The position numbers were made by a program, and so were the translations under genes. From IMG/VR virus record IMGVR_UViG_3300022666_000111: a DNA stretch of 64,000 nucleotides; one strand, 5' to 3'. The notes below the pieces were generated by a model. It was not told the DNA's origin. It ran no database searches and saw only the letters and a list, made by a program, of their open reading frames with translations. This stretch comes from a virus. Lineage: Duplodnaviria > Caudoviricetes. Positions 1 through 9,629 of this stretch are shown piece by piece (the first letter of the stretch is position 1; each line of letters begins with the position of its first letter).

Positions 1-78
1 GGCGAGTTCGACGACGTCTACGCCGAGGACCTCAAGGGGCTTTTCGAGCGTGAGACGGGGCTCTACTTGAGCCTCTGA
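1..78 (+). CDS. 3' end of a phage hypothetical protein (partial)
   Basis: Open frame GEFDDVYAEDLKGLFERETGLYLSL ending TGA at 76-78. Confidence 0.6.
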   Translation, partial: GEFDDVYAEDLKGLFERETGLYLSL

Positions 79-98
79 TCCCGGTGTAGGAGGTCTTC

Positions 99-596
99 AT
101 GGGAGACATCCACTCCAAAACAGCCAAGGCGCTCTTCGGAGAGGCAACGCCCCCAAGGCGGGGCCAGGCGATGGCCATCAACTTCGCGTGCATCTACGGC
201 AGGAGTCCAACGAGTATGTCAAAAGAAGCAATGGTTCGGCTCATCAAGCACCGTGACTCCTGTCACGATGACTGGGGAGAAGATGGGGCTTGGCGCACCC
301 TTTGTGGGCTACGCACGATGGAGGCCGATAGGTTTCCAGAGGACCTTCATGACGCCTTGAAGGAGTTCCAGGCGATGGATGAAGAGGCCCAATACAGTCT
401 CGTCTACGAGACTCTTGGCATTACGCCCGAGACGACCTTCCAAGTGCTTCCAACGGGGCATACAGAGGAGCAGCTTCGGGCGGCCTTGCGCCTCTTGGGC
501 TTGCAGGTTTACGAGCGACAGGGCAAGCTCATCGTATCCCGAGTCGAGCTTGACGCGGCGGACATCGCCGAGATCGAAGGGCAGGTTATCGAATGA
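99..596 (+). CDS. Hypothetical protein with N-terminal DNA polymerase A motif-B-like fragment
   Basis: DIHSKTAKALFG...RRGQAMAINFACIYG resembles PolA fingers; ATG 9 nt after GGTGTAG. Confidence 0.6.
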   Translation: MGDIHSKTAKALFGEATPPRRGQAMAINFACIYGRSPTSMSKEAMVRLIKHRDSCHDDWGEDGAWRTLCGLRTMEADRFPEDLHDALKEFQAMDEEAQYSLVYETLGITPETTFQVLPTGHTEEQLRAALRLLGLQVYERQGKLIVSRVELDAADIAEIEGQVIE

Positions 597-925
597 CACA
601 GTTCATGATCCCGCAAGAGGCCGAAGTAGAAGCTGATGACGTCGGCTTCATCGCCGAGCTGAACCACACGGGGGACATCAAGTACACCTGGAATCGGAAG
701 AACGAAGCCGAGGTGGCCGCTGCCGAGGAGCACTTCAAGGCCATGAAGGCCAAGGGCTTCCTGGTGTTCAAGGTGAGCCGGGTCGGCCTCAAGGGGAAAG
801 AGGTCGCCGAGTTCTCGGGCAAGCTCGGTGGGCTCATCTTCCAGGCCGGGACGAAGTCAGAGGTCGCCCAGACGTTTGACCCCAAGGCTTCGTACGTTGC
901 GACGCCGCCAGCGGTTGGGGGCTGA
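593..925 (+). CDS. Small beta-grasp/ubiquitin-like candidate with C-terminal GG
   Basis: Apparent beta-beta-alpha-beta-beta-beta pattern, ends FDPKASYVATPPAVGG; ATGA coupling with upstream gene. Confidence 0.55.
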   Translation: MTQFMIPQEAEVEADDVGFIAELNHTGDIKYTWNRKNEAEVAAAEEHFKAMKAKGFLVFKVSRVGLKGKEVAEFSGKLGGLIFQAGTKSEVAQTFDPKASYVATPPAVGG

Positions 926-1283
926 CCATGGCTGTGCGCCTCTCAACCCTCGTGCTTGGCAAAGGGCCGATGTCACCAAGGCAGCTCAAAATGGTGCGCA
1001 AGTGGCTCGACGAGGACTGGGAGGCGCGTGACATTGACCAAGACGCGGTAGCGCTCATCAAGAGGCTGCTCGTCACCATAGGAGAGAAAGATGGGACTGA
1101 AAGACCACCGCGAAGAGCTGATTGACGGGTTCACGAAAGCCGTTGACGAGATGATCCGGGCGGAGGGGGACCACCCCAACACACAGGGGCAGGAGCCCTT
1201 GGGCGTCAAGTCGACGATCAAGGTGATCTACGTTGGCACCAACACAGAGATCTGCTGCAACCCCGAATGGGGCTTCCAGTCGG

Positions 1284-2174
1284 ATGAACCGGCTTCTTCT
1301 TGACATCGTCCAAGACGGGCAGATCCCGATCTACGCTGCGCCTACGCGTGGGATGCGCTACTACACGCACACGGAGGAGCTGGTTTGGGATCCCCGTCGA
1401 GCCACCAACAAGATTCTCATCTCCGTAGGCGTCGACCATCGTCTCGACAGCATTCGAGAATTCTTGGGCACTGAGCTACTTCGTGATGAGGGCACCCTCA
1501 TTTTCGCGGTCAGGTATGTTGAGGCCCTCACGAGGGCTTTTCAAAACACGCCCACGCTCTTTGTCCTGGGTGGCATGGCCTTCGTACCGGGGGCCAACAC
1601 GCTAGGGACGCCTCTCGAGAATGGTGACCCTTGGCCTATTGTTCGGCAGTTCATTCACACCACCTACCGCCTTCAAAAGGGGCTTGAGCCTGACACGGCG
1701 CACCCAATCATTGACGACGCGGTGCAGCGCTACTTGGCGGGGCGCACAGCGCTGGATGTTGGCGTCCAACGGTCGGAGGCAAGGGACAAGGCCCTAGCTA
1801 TTCTAACGGCCAACCTTGACCCCGTGCAGCGGAAGGAGTTCCTTGAGCGCGGTCACTTCCACGTTGTCGGGCAGGACGGGCGCACCTACCGAATCGACAA
1901 GAAGCACACACATGGCGTTCACCGGATCGAGGGCGGCGTCAAGACGTTCGAGTACTGCCTTGTGGCGGACGTACACATACCCACCTTTGACCTTATGCTC
2001 ATGCAGAAGCTCCTTTTGGAGTCAGACACGACGCATTTTCTCGAGAAGGCAAATGCTTGGGATCTTCGTGGGGGCAAGCGTAAGTTCCTCCGAGGAGGGC
2101 ACCTCGCCATTGTTGATCCCAGCGGTGTAGTTGTGAAGCATGGCGAAGAAGAAGCCCCCGGAGCCCCTGGATGA
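1284..2174 (+). CDS. Hypothetical protein with C-terminal putative E2-like Cys domain
   Basis: GHFHVVGQDGRTYRI...YCLV...PTFDLMLMQKLLLESD...FLEKAN; E2 similarity is inferred. Confidence 0.5.
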   Translation: MNRLLLDIVQDGQIPIYAAPTRGMRYYTHTEELVWDPRRATNKILISVGVDHRLDSIREFLGTELLRDEGTLIFAVRYVEALTRAFQNTPTLFVLGGMAFVPGANTLGTPLENGDPWPIVRQFIHTTYRLQKGLEPDTAHPIIDDAVQRYLAGRTALDVGVQRSEARDKALAILTANLDPVQRKEFLERGHFHVVGQDGRTYRIDKKHTHGVHRIEGGVKTFEYCLVADVHIPTFDLMLMQKLLLESDTTHFLEKANAWDLRGGKRKFLRGGHLAIVDPSGVVVKHGEEEAPGAPG

Positions 2175-2592
2175 GGACTGGCTGCATCTCAACGATAAGC
2201 CGGTGCCCCATAGTCCAACCGAGATCCACGAAAGCATTGTAGCGCGGATCGACGCGGTCATGGACATCATGGCCAGCGGGGGCGTACCCTACCAGCAAAA
2301 GATCCTCCTTGAGTCAGCAGAGATGCGGGAGTCCTTGCAAGACCGCCTTGAGAGCATCGAGGTTGATCTCTTCGACTTCATCGGCAAGCGGCGGATGGAG
2401 CTGAAGCGCAAGATCGACACAATGCGTCAAAACCTGACACGTGCTGAAAACGAGGACAGGGTTCTTGAAGCGGCGCGGGGTTGTCTCAAGAGGCCCGTGA
2501 TCGATGCTGACGCCAAGCCGCCGCCCCAAGAGATCGATGCTGACGCCAAGCCGCCGTCTCAAGAGATCCTTGAGGACATCCCCTTCTATTGA
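2140..2592 (+). CDS. Coiled-coil hypothetical protein with acidic DIPF-like tail
   Basis: Helical ORF with IDADAKPPxQE duplication, ends EDIPFY. Confidence 0.6.
   Translation: MAKKKPPEPLDEDWLHLNDKPVPHSPTEIHESIVARIDAVMDIMASGGVPYQQKILLESAEMRESLQDRLESIEVDLFDFIGKRRMELKRKIDTMRQNLTRAENEDRVLEAARGCLKRPVIDADAKPPPQEIDADAKPPSQEILEDIPFY
2499..2568 (+). repeat. 33-bp in-frame tandem duplication
   Basis: gatcgatgctgacgccaagccgccg... at 2499 and 2532. Confidence 0.9.
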
Positions 2593-2642
2593 TCCCTGGT
2601 GGTCACTGGCATAGGTTGATCCCTGGTGGTCACTGGCATAGG
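2589..2642 (+). promoter_or_regulatory. Tandemly duplicated class-1 promoter (27 bp x2)
   Basis: ttgatccctggtggtcactggcatagg twice; ATG 2649 is 33 nt after the second TTGATC start. Confidence 0.8.
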
Positions 2643-2648
2643 ACGAAC

Positions 2649-3038
2649 ATGACAACCGAGATGGAAAAGGACTGGGAGACCCTCAAGAAGGATCCCGTGC
2701 CGAACATGCCTACCGAGAGGCTGGCGGAGTTCGTCATGGCCTACTGTGACGGGCAGATCTTCACCCTCCACAATCTACGTGACCCCGCGCTAGCGCACAT
2801 CGTCTTCATGCCGATCGTCTTTGGCGGGATGTCGCGCTTTCAGCCCGAGGATGTGGGCACCGTTTGGGAATACATGAACCAAGCGGGGAAGCTGGGCGTC
2901 AATGGCAACCCGATCTTCACGTCCATGCACGTCATGAGCAAGTCGGATTGGGAGAAGGCCGTCAAGGCGATCGAGCGCGAGAAGGAACGGCGCCGAGAGG
3001 CCACGCGGACGGTCCTTGAAGGACTTGACGCGGGTTGA
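2649..3038 (+). CDS. Phage hypothetical protein
   Basis: Leaderless ATG after class-1 promoter; VFMP...WEY...NGNPIF motif. Confidence 0.7.
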   Translation: MTTEMEKDWETLKKDPVPNMPTERLAEFVMAYCDGQIFTLHNLRDPALAHIVFMPIVFGGMSRFQPEDVGTVWEYMNQAGKLGVNGNPIFTSMHVMSKSDWEKAVKAIEREKERRREATRTVLEGLDAG

Positions 3039-3060
3039 GGCGACGGGCTAAGCTCCAGGC

Positions 3061-3273
3061 ATGATATACGTCGTCATCTGGCTTGTGGACAAAGAGGTTG
3101 AAGCCCAAGGGGAGTTCAAGACTGCCAGCAAGGCTGTGGATTGCTTCTGCAAGTTCACGAAGGCAGCGGGTATCCCCATGGACGGAAGGCCCAAAGGACT
3201 GTCCAAGGGCCGCAACCTCATGAACGCGGCGGGTAAGCACGCGATCTACGCCTTCAGCCTTGAAGAGCGCTGA
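3061..3273 (+). CDS. Hypothetical protein
   Basis: 70-aa ORF with typical codon usage. Confidence 0.5.
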   Translation: MIYVVIWLVDKEVEAQGEFKTASKAVDCFCKFTKAAGIPMDGRPKGLSKGRNLMNAAGKHAIYAFSLEER

Positions 3274-3297
3274 GCACCGTTCCTTTGATAAGGTACC

Positions 3298-3501
3298 CTA
3301 GCGCAGTTCAAGGAGGACGACGTCGGCACCATTTGGGAGTACTACAACAAGGCGGGGGCAAGGAGCATCAACGGCTACCCTTGTTTCTTCTCGCTACACG
3401 TCATGTGCAAAAAAGATTGGGAGAAGGCCATAAAGGCCATCCGGCGTGAGCTTGAGCGACGTCGTGAAGCTGCTGAAGAGGTGCTGGCGGACCTTGGCTG
3501 A
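3298..3501 (+). pseudogene. Start-less 3' remnant paralogous to 2649..3038
   Basis: FKEDDVGTIWEYYNKAG...DWEKAIKAIRRE aligns with FQPEDVGTVWEYMNQAG...DWEKAVKAIERE; stops upstream in frame. Confidence 0.85.
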
Positions 3502-3525
3502 TTCTCTTATGCTAACAGGGTAACG

Positions 3526-5589
3526 ATGGCTCCCCCGCGTTACCCTGTTAGCCGCAACGTTCGAAAGACACGTGCCGCAGATCTGAGCAGAGATCTTGAG
3601 CGGGCCTTACACGCTATCGAATCGGGCATCGGCCAGATTTTTGATAACGCGGAGGCGCTACGCTGTGTGGACACTGACGGGTACAACCAATCCGCGTTGC
3701 ATGTGTTTGTCACTGGTGTGGGCTTGTTTCAATGGGATCCCACATCAGTTGCGTTGGATGACGGTGTTAATGCCATACAACCAAAACTAGGTCCGTCTGC
3801 AAGCGGGCCAGGTAGGTGGGTCCCTGCATCGTCTGGGGGTGGTCCTGGGACCGTTAGTGTGTACGACGAGGGTGTTCTTGTCCGCGCAGGGGTGTCCGAA
3901 ATAGACTTCGTTGGCGCGGATGTCTTGGCTTTAGGGCCAGGAGGATTGCCTTCTCGAGTTCGTGTCTATATCCCCCCGCCAGCATTCTTGTCGCATTGGA
4001 ATACAGCAGACGGAACTAACGGGCCGCAGTTCGTAACCGAGTCGATCTCGCGGACCACGACCCACATTTCCACGCCAGTTGGCGGTGAGGGGACCCCCTT
4101 CCGCACGGGGGGTTGGGCTGGGTCGAACCAGGACACCACGAGAAGCAACACGGTGACACTGACAACAGCGGCGCCCACGACGGGATGGGGTGGCGACTCC
4201 ACCATGACGGTGACCGTCATGGATGCGGACGGAGTGACGCCGCTCGAAGCGTACACGACGCCTCCAATAACAGCCAACGCAACACACGTGGCCCCAACAG
4301 GTCGAATCACAGTCGCTGTAACGGGATTTGCTGTAGACTCTATTCGTTACCAAGCTAGGGTCACAATTACTGTGAACGTCCTGAGCATACTGTCTACTGC
4401 TGGAAGACAGGGCGGGCGGTACAATGTTGTTGCCACACAAACCACCGACAGCAGTACAGATGGGTCAGGGCCGTACACCTACACACAAACGGCTGTATTC
4501 CTCGACACAGACCCCTTCACACCGAGTCTAACTGGGCTCACCATAGCCGAAACGGCCGGGTTTGTGACGACGAAGCATCTGAGCGGGGTCGAGTACTACA
4601 CGCTTGGAAGTAGGTTCACCGTTGCCATTTCGGACATTGACTATCTGAACGCAAACACCGCCAGAACGGTCGGGAACGTAGAGATAGCCGGACCTGAGTA
4701 CGGCCTTCCAGCTCTTAGCCAATCGCCGTTCGGAGTTGGAGCAGCAAATTTCGCCGGGTGGACGAACAACAACGACAACACGAACGCGTCATACAACAAA
4801 ACGGACTGGGCCATTACAGCAGCTAGCTACAGGCTCATGAGCCCGACAGCCTCCATCGACGCTTACCCCAGAGACCCTTGGGCCTCCGGTGCTCTTGTGG
4901 CCTCGGCCAACGCCAATGTCTTGATCGACACCTACGCAGCGAATTCGACTGCACTAGCTGAATACTTCAACGATGAGTCCTATAGAGAGGACCCCGCGTC
5001 ATTCCCAGGCGTCGGGACTTGGGATTCAACAAGCACGCTGGTTGCCGGACAAGCCCAAGTTTGGAATGGTCAACTCGTCACTCCGAACACGACGACGTAC
5101 GTTCGACCTGACGGAGCGGCTACGCCGAACGCCAACTGGTCTGGGTTTGACCCTGACCTTGGGGGTCCCAACCCGGACTATTCAGGCCTTGGGGCTCCCG
5201 TAAACTACGGAAGGCGCTTCACACAGCCTCCAGGCAACATCCCCAGCTTTGCGATGACGTTCACAGGAACCTTTGCGGCAGGTAACGCCTTGGCAGACCT
5301 TGTCGCGGGTAATCTGGAGATCTTCGTCTATCGTATAGGCGGGTTTGGGCATGTGGGCACACCCCCGGGCAACACGTTTCCACTTCGGGTACACCTCCCG
5401 TTCAACTTCGCGTCTTGGGATGATGGTACAACAGTGCCTGGATCCGGCATTCGTGAAGGATCCTCGGCTGGAAACGCCATCAACTGCACACTAGGTGCTG
5501 GCACACCCGCTAATGGCGGGCTCTACGTACACATCAGGATTCTGAACTCGGCGACAAGGCTAGACAGCCTTGTCGTAACCTTCTTTTGA
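3526..5589 (+). CDS. Putative virion structural (tail/baseplate-associated) protein
   Basis: 687 aa, T/G/S/N-rich beta-strand composition, first gene of lower-GC module. Confidence 0.6.
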   Translation: MAPPRYPVSRNVRKTRAADLSRDLERALHAIESGIGQIFDNAEALRCVDTDGYNQSALHVFVTGVGLFQWDPTSVALDDGVNAIQPKLGPSASGPGRWVPASSGGGPGTVSVYDEGVLVRAGVSEIDFVGADVLALGPGGLPSRVRVYIPPPAFLSHWNTADGTNGPQFVTESISRTTTHISTPVGGEGTPFRTGGWAGSNQDTTRSNTVTLTTAAPTTGWGGDSTMTVTVMDADGVTPLEAYTTPPITANATHVAPTGRITVAVTGFAVDSIRYQARVTITVNVLSILSTAGRQGGRYNVVATQTTDSSTDGSGPYTYTQTAVFLDTDPFTPSLTGLTIAETAGFVTTKHLSGVEYYTLGSRFTVAISDIDYLNANTARTVGNVEIAGPEYGLPALSQSPFGVGAANFAGWTNNNDNTNASYNKTDWAITAASYRLMSPTASIDAYPRDPWASGALVASANANVLIDTYAANSTALAEYFNDESYREDPASFPGVGTWDSTSTLVAGQAQVWNGQLVTPNTTTYVRPDGAATPNANWSGFDPDLGGPNPDYSGLGAPVNYGRRFTQPPGNIPSFAMTFTGTFAAGNALADLVAGNLEIFVYRIGGFGHVGTPPGNTFPLRVHLPFNFASWDDGTTVPGSGIREGSSAGNAINCTLGAGTPANGGLYVHIRILNSATRLDSLVVTFF

Positions 5590-5601
5590 GAAAGAGAAGC
5601 C

Positions 5602-5862
5602 ATGTTCCATCGAAGATTTGTAGTGAAAGTGTCCGAAGGGTTGGTTGAATTCTCTGCTATGACCACAGAGAATCGAGTTGATGTCCATACCTTCAGGGTT
5701 GAAGCCTTCAAGGACATTCTCTCCAACGCCAAAGAAGAGGGGAAAGACGTCCGTATGTCCGTGCCTGTGACGTCGACGCATAGGACAGTGTATTGCGTCC
5801 ACAAGGCTGAGTTCTCGGTGCTGTCCGCCGAGTTCGATGCGCAAACCTCGGAAGGCAAGTGA
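5602..5862 (+). CDS. Hypothetical protein
   Basis: ORF within structural operon. Confidence 0.55.
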   Translation: MFHRRFVVKVSEGLVEFSAMTTENRVDVHTFRVEAFKDILSNAKEEGKDVRMSVPVTSTHRTVYCVHKAEFSVLSAEFDAQTSEGK

Positions 5863-5870
5863 GGTAGACA

Positions 5871-6557
5871 ATGTCTTTTACCAATCAGGAGAGAATCAAC
5901 GCGGTTGCCAAGGCACTTCTTGGTAACGTCCTTGATGCCGACGCAAGCGCACAGTGGTATGAAAGCACACTACCCTTCGGATTCTCGCTTGACTCGAGAC
6001 AAGTGTGGACGCAGGCGGATGTCGTAAAGGCATCCCCTGCAGCCAATTTGGCGGCGGCACAGGCCGCTTGTGCGGGACCCCTCGCTGGCATCGTGGAGGA
6101 CAGGTCCCTCGTCACTTCCGCCGTGAGGTTGTCTCCTGTTCCGGGCGTCAGCAATACGTATGTAGCGCTTGCCACGTACGGCGATTGGACAAGCCAGCGT
6201 CTCATCAACTGGCTCAAGCCTCAGTTTGTGCCCCAAGTCAACGGGCAGCCGAGCTTTGGTTACGCCATGCGGCTCTACAATGGGGATCCTGGTGCGGGCG
6301 GCACAGAGGTATTGACGACCGATGGTGGTACAGGGACGGGCGTCAACAAGTCTGTTGGCTGGATCTTCAACTACGACAATGGCATCCTGCTTCTGGCTTC
6401 GGACTTTGCAGTGGCGAACCCCTACATTGTAGGGTTCCGGTACATCGGGACTACGGCTGGGGGCGGAAGCACCGGCATCAACAACCTCGACGGCGGACGC
6501 GCCAATGAGAACTTTGGCGGCGTGGCTATCAGTCCGATTGACGGAGGAGGCGCCTGA
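5871..6557 (+). CDS. Putative tail-associated structural protein
   Basis: WIFNYDNGIL...GFRYIG and LDGG/IDGGGA tail motifs; SD GAGG. Confidence 0.6.
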   Translation: MSFTNQERINAVAKALLGNVLDADASAQWYESTLPFGFSLDSRQVWTQADVVKASPAANLAAAQAACAGPLAGIVEDRSLVTSAVRLSPVPGVSNTYVALATYGDWTSQRLINWLKPQFVPQVNGQPSFGYAMRLYNGDPGAGGTEVLTTDGGTGTGVNKSVGWIFNYDNGILLLASDFAVANPYIVGFRYIGTTAGGGSTGINNLDGGRANENFGGVAISPIDGGGA

Positions 6558-6865
6558 TGGCTGTGCAGATTCAATTAAGACGGGACTTGGCAGCAGCTTG
6601 GACGCTTGCCAACCCAACGCTTGCCCAAGGTGAGCTTGGCGTCGAAACGGACACATGGCTTGCCAAGATGGGGAACGGGATAGACCCTTGGGTTACACTC
6701 CCCTACTGGCCAGCATCATCTGGAGGTGTCTTGCTCAAGACGACAGCACAGCGAATTGCCATGCCGCCATCTACAACAGCGGGCACGCTGGTGTATGACA
6801 CGGACATGCTGAAGCTGTTTGTGTGGCAAGCTGACATCGACTACCCTGTCTGGCTGGAGGTGTGA
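6557..6865 (+). CDS. Mtd_N/hyaluronidase-N-terminal domain tail protein
   Basis: IQLRRDLAAAWTLANPTLAQGELGVETDT..KMGNG..W..LPY. Confidence 0.8.
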   Translation: MAVQIQLRRDLAAAWTLANPTLAQGELGVETDTWLAKMGNGIDPWVTLPYWPASSGGVLLKTTAQRIAMPPSTTAGTLVYDTDMLKLFVWQADIDYPVWLEV

Positions 6866-6866
6866 C

Positions 6867-8231
6867 GTGGCATACAACTGGGGCACAGCGCTCAAAGCAC
6901 CTCTCCCGTTTGATGGTCAGGTATTCGTAGACGATCAGAAGCATGTCTGGCAATGGGTTTCCGCCAACGGCGCGTGGATGCGTCGTGAGAATCTTGAGTT
7001 CCGACGGGTGCAGGAGCGGTATCTGCACCTCATGGACAGAAGCACAACTACGATCGCAATCGAAAGAGCCCCCGGCCACCTGTTTCCTAAGTGGGACAGT
7101 GTGTACGATCTTGCGTTTGTAGAGATACTGAGTGTTGGAGGCAACATCCTCGGACGCCGTGCGCACATGGACCTAGCCGCTTTGAACACTTGGGCCGCGT
7201 CGGTTGTGCCTACAACGGGCGGGGTGTTCGACGAAGATGTCTTGATTCGAGTGTATGAAGTGTTCGATACACAACAAGGGATTGTGCGCTTCAATAGCTG
7301 GAACGGTGTGTACGGGTCATTTAGAGGGAGAGCTTGTTACACGGCAGACCGTGGGCATGGCCGCACAGCTCCAAACCAAGGGACTCTTGCAGGATACAGT
7401 GACGGCTTTCTTTTGCGGCATGGTGGTCCAGGGCTTGAGAGACGCTTGATGCAGTACTTCTACAACTTGGATCCTGGTAGGGACCAGAACAAGGTGTGTT
7501 GGACCTCAAACAAGCGACAACTTTACAATATGCCGAAAAACCAGAACATCACGATTGTTCACCCCGGTGGGTTGTCAGCGCTCAGGTACTGTTGGAACTG
7601 GGGTGCGTCTGACTACACACAGGTGACGCCTGGAAGCCGGTGGGAGGTCTTCAACGACGGGGGTATGCTAAGGCAGAATCCCTGCCATGTCTATCGAAGG
7701 GTGGACGGGACAACCCTGTTCCTAGAGCAACCTGACACGTCCTTGCGAGGCTTCGGAGCAATATTTCAATCCGGAAACCCTATCGAGGGTATGTTGGCAT
7801 ATGCCATTCGAGACGTGGACGACCCGAATCAAGTCGCTTTTCTGCTCAAGCCTATGGGCGTGACGAAAATAGGCCTGTTGAGTATCGGGATGCCGAACTA
7901 CGAGCTGTTGGCCGAAGGGCGTGGCCGCAATTGGAAAACGGAACCGCGTGTTACCAACCTCACCAAACAGGGATTCACCTTCGACCGTGGGTGGCTAGAT
8001 GGGATACGTGTTACAGATTTGCCAAGCGTGGTGCAAACCCTAAAGAGGGTGGTGTCACACACGACACCTTCGGCGGAAAGCATCGACACATACAACTGGC
8101 CAGACCTTGTCACGTTCTACCTAAGACAGAGCGAGACAGGAATCCGAACTGAGACACTCCCACGAGGTATTCGTGTGGAAAGGCGGAAGAGCGGGCTTCC
8201 GGTATCTCTGATGGACGTAAGTGTCAAATAG
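6867..8231 (+). CDS. Putative receptor-binding/tail appendage protein (paralog of 8243..9625)
   Basis: GTG after GGAGG; N-terminal P.DGQ.F...WQW....W anchor; body similar to next gene. Confidence 0.55.
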   Translation: MAYNWGTALKAPLPFDGQVFVDDQKHVWQWVSANGAWMRRENLEFRRVQERYLHLMDRSTTTIAIERAPGHLFPKWDSVYDLAFVEILSVGGNILGRRAHMDLAALNTWAASVVPTTGGVFDEDVLIRVYEVFDTQQGIVRFNSWNGVYGSFRGRACYTADRGHGRTAPNQGTLAGYSDGFLLRHGGPGLERRLMQYFYNLDPGRDQNKVCWTSNKRQLYNMPKNQNITIVHPGGLSALRYCWNWGASDYTQVTPGSRWEVFNDGGMLRQNPCHVYRRVDGTTLFLEQPDTSLRGFGAIFQSGNPIEGMLAYAIRDVDDPNQVAFLLKPMGVTKIGLLSIGMPNYELLAEGRGRNWKTEPRVTNLTKQGFTFDRGWLDGIRVTDLPSVVQTLKRVVSHTTPSAESIDTYNWPDLVTFYLRQSETGIRTETLPRGIRVERRKSGLPVSLMDVSVK

Positions 8232-8242
8232 CTGGAGAGCAC

Positions 8243-9625
8243 ATGGAATACTTCAGATCTCGCCGGATGACAGCGTCTCAGTGGTTGGGACGTGATCCCG
8301 TTATGAACCAAGGGGAGCTTGGGTTCGAGACAGACACAGATAGGGCAAAAATCGGAGATGGCACCACCAAGTGGACCGGCTTGCCCTACATGGATGCTCA
8401 AACAACAAGCTCGACTCGAACGCGGCTTGAATACGGGACGCTTCGTCTTACTGAGGCCACGAAGACATCTGTTACCCAATTGGGCTTTTCGGGTATCGTG
8501 GTGAAACAACACCCTGACCTGATGGGTTTGAACTTCGATCGTTACCGTAGATGCTCGTGGGACATCTACGAAATCGGGGGGAACAGTTGGAGCGGGTTGA
8601 GCTTCTCGACAGAAAGTGCGCTATACGCGTTTCTGGCCGCCAATGCTGCCCAGACTGGGGGGTACTACTCACGCAACATCATGGCGACTGTGTATGACAC
8701 GGTGGACGCTACCATTCCTGTCGTCAACAAGATGTGGGGGATCAACACGTTCTATTCCATGCTCAAAGGCCGGAAACGGTACAATGACAACCGTCAGACT
8801 TTGGGTAGGGATCTGATCAACTGGCCTCAGTTTGAAGACTGGTTCCAGGCTGTATGCAGCCGAGGTCTCGGCCTCCCCGCAGGAGCTTATGCCGTTAACA
8901 GGGAACGTGCGCTGTGGTTGACGCGGAGTAATCGCACAAGGTACGGCATGCCAACAGAGGGCATTACGCTAAACAGCCTTAGCACTACTGGGGACCGTAT
9001 GGTGTACAACTCCGCGACGGCCACATGGGTCCCAATGTCAGGGGGGGACTTCCAGCATTGGGAAGCACCACCAACAGGGTATGGAAAAGTCTTTGCAACG
9101 ATCTGCGAGAACAACAGGGCGGCGTGGGAATTTGAGACCGCTTATACGGGCATCGTGCGCAGTTTACTTGCTTACGGAGCCAGCTCGATGTCCATGATCT
9201 GTCTCTACAGGTTGCACGGCATCAGCGGCGGAAACAGCACACACAACGCAATTCTGGTGAAGCCGGTTGGGATAGACCGCGTAGGCATCAACTGGTACGA
9301 TCCGGCGCAGTACACACTGTATGCACTACATGAGTGCCCAAACGAAACACCACGAATTCGGCCGATCACAGGGATACCGGCGAAACACATAAGCCAAGGC
9401 AACGACTTGATCTGGCTCAACAAGTCTGTCTGGACACCTTTTGAGGATGGTCGAAAGCCTACGGTCACAAGCAGGATGAAATCCCGTCTATTCCCTACGA
9501 CCAGGTTCTTCCTACGGGACAACGCGACACACAGGATCTCGATTCCAAGCCAAATGTGTGTCAAAATGACACTCAACGCCAAAGACGCGATGGTCAAATG
9601 GGGCATCTTCCCCGCAGGTAGGTGA
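8243..9625 (+). CDS. Mtd_N-domain putative receptor-binding protein
   Basis: RRMTASQW..DPVMNQGELGFETDTDRAKIGDGTTKWTGLPY. Confidence 0.75.
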   Translation: MEYFRSRRMTASQWLGRDPVMNQGELGFETDTDRAKIGDGTTKWTGLPYMDAQTTSSTRTRLEYGTLRLTEATKTSVTQLGFSGIVVKQHPDLMGLNFDRYRRCSWDIYEIGGNSWSGLSFSTESALYAFLAANAAQTGGYYSRNIMATVYDTVDATIPVVNKMWGINTFYSMLKGRKRYNDNRQTLGRDLINWPQFEDWFQAVCSRGLGLPAGAYAVNRERALWLTRSNRTRYGMPTEGITLNSLSTTGDRMVYNSATATWVPMSGGDFQHWEAPPTGYGKVFATICENNRAAWEFETAYTGIVRSLLAYGASSMSMICLYRLHGISGGNSTHNAILVKPVGIDRVGINWYDPAQYTLYALHECPNETPRIRPITGIPAKHISQGNDLIWLNKSVWTPFEDGRKPTVTSRMKSRLFPTTRFFLRDNATHRISIPSQMCVKMTLNAKDAMVKWGIFPAGR

Positions 9626-9629
9626 CACA

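Noticed and set aside
6557-9625. Diversity-generating retroelement suggested by Mtd_N domains
   Set aside because: No reverse transcriptase and no TR/VR pair with adenine-specific differences was seen in the window.
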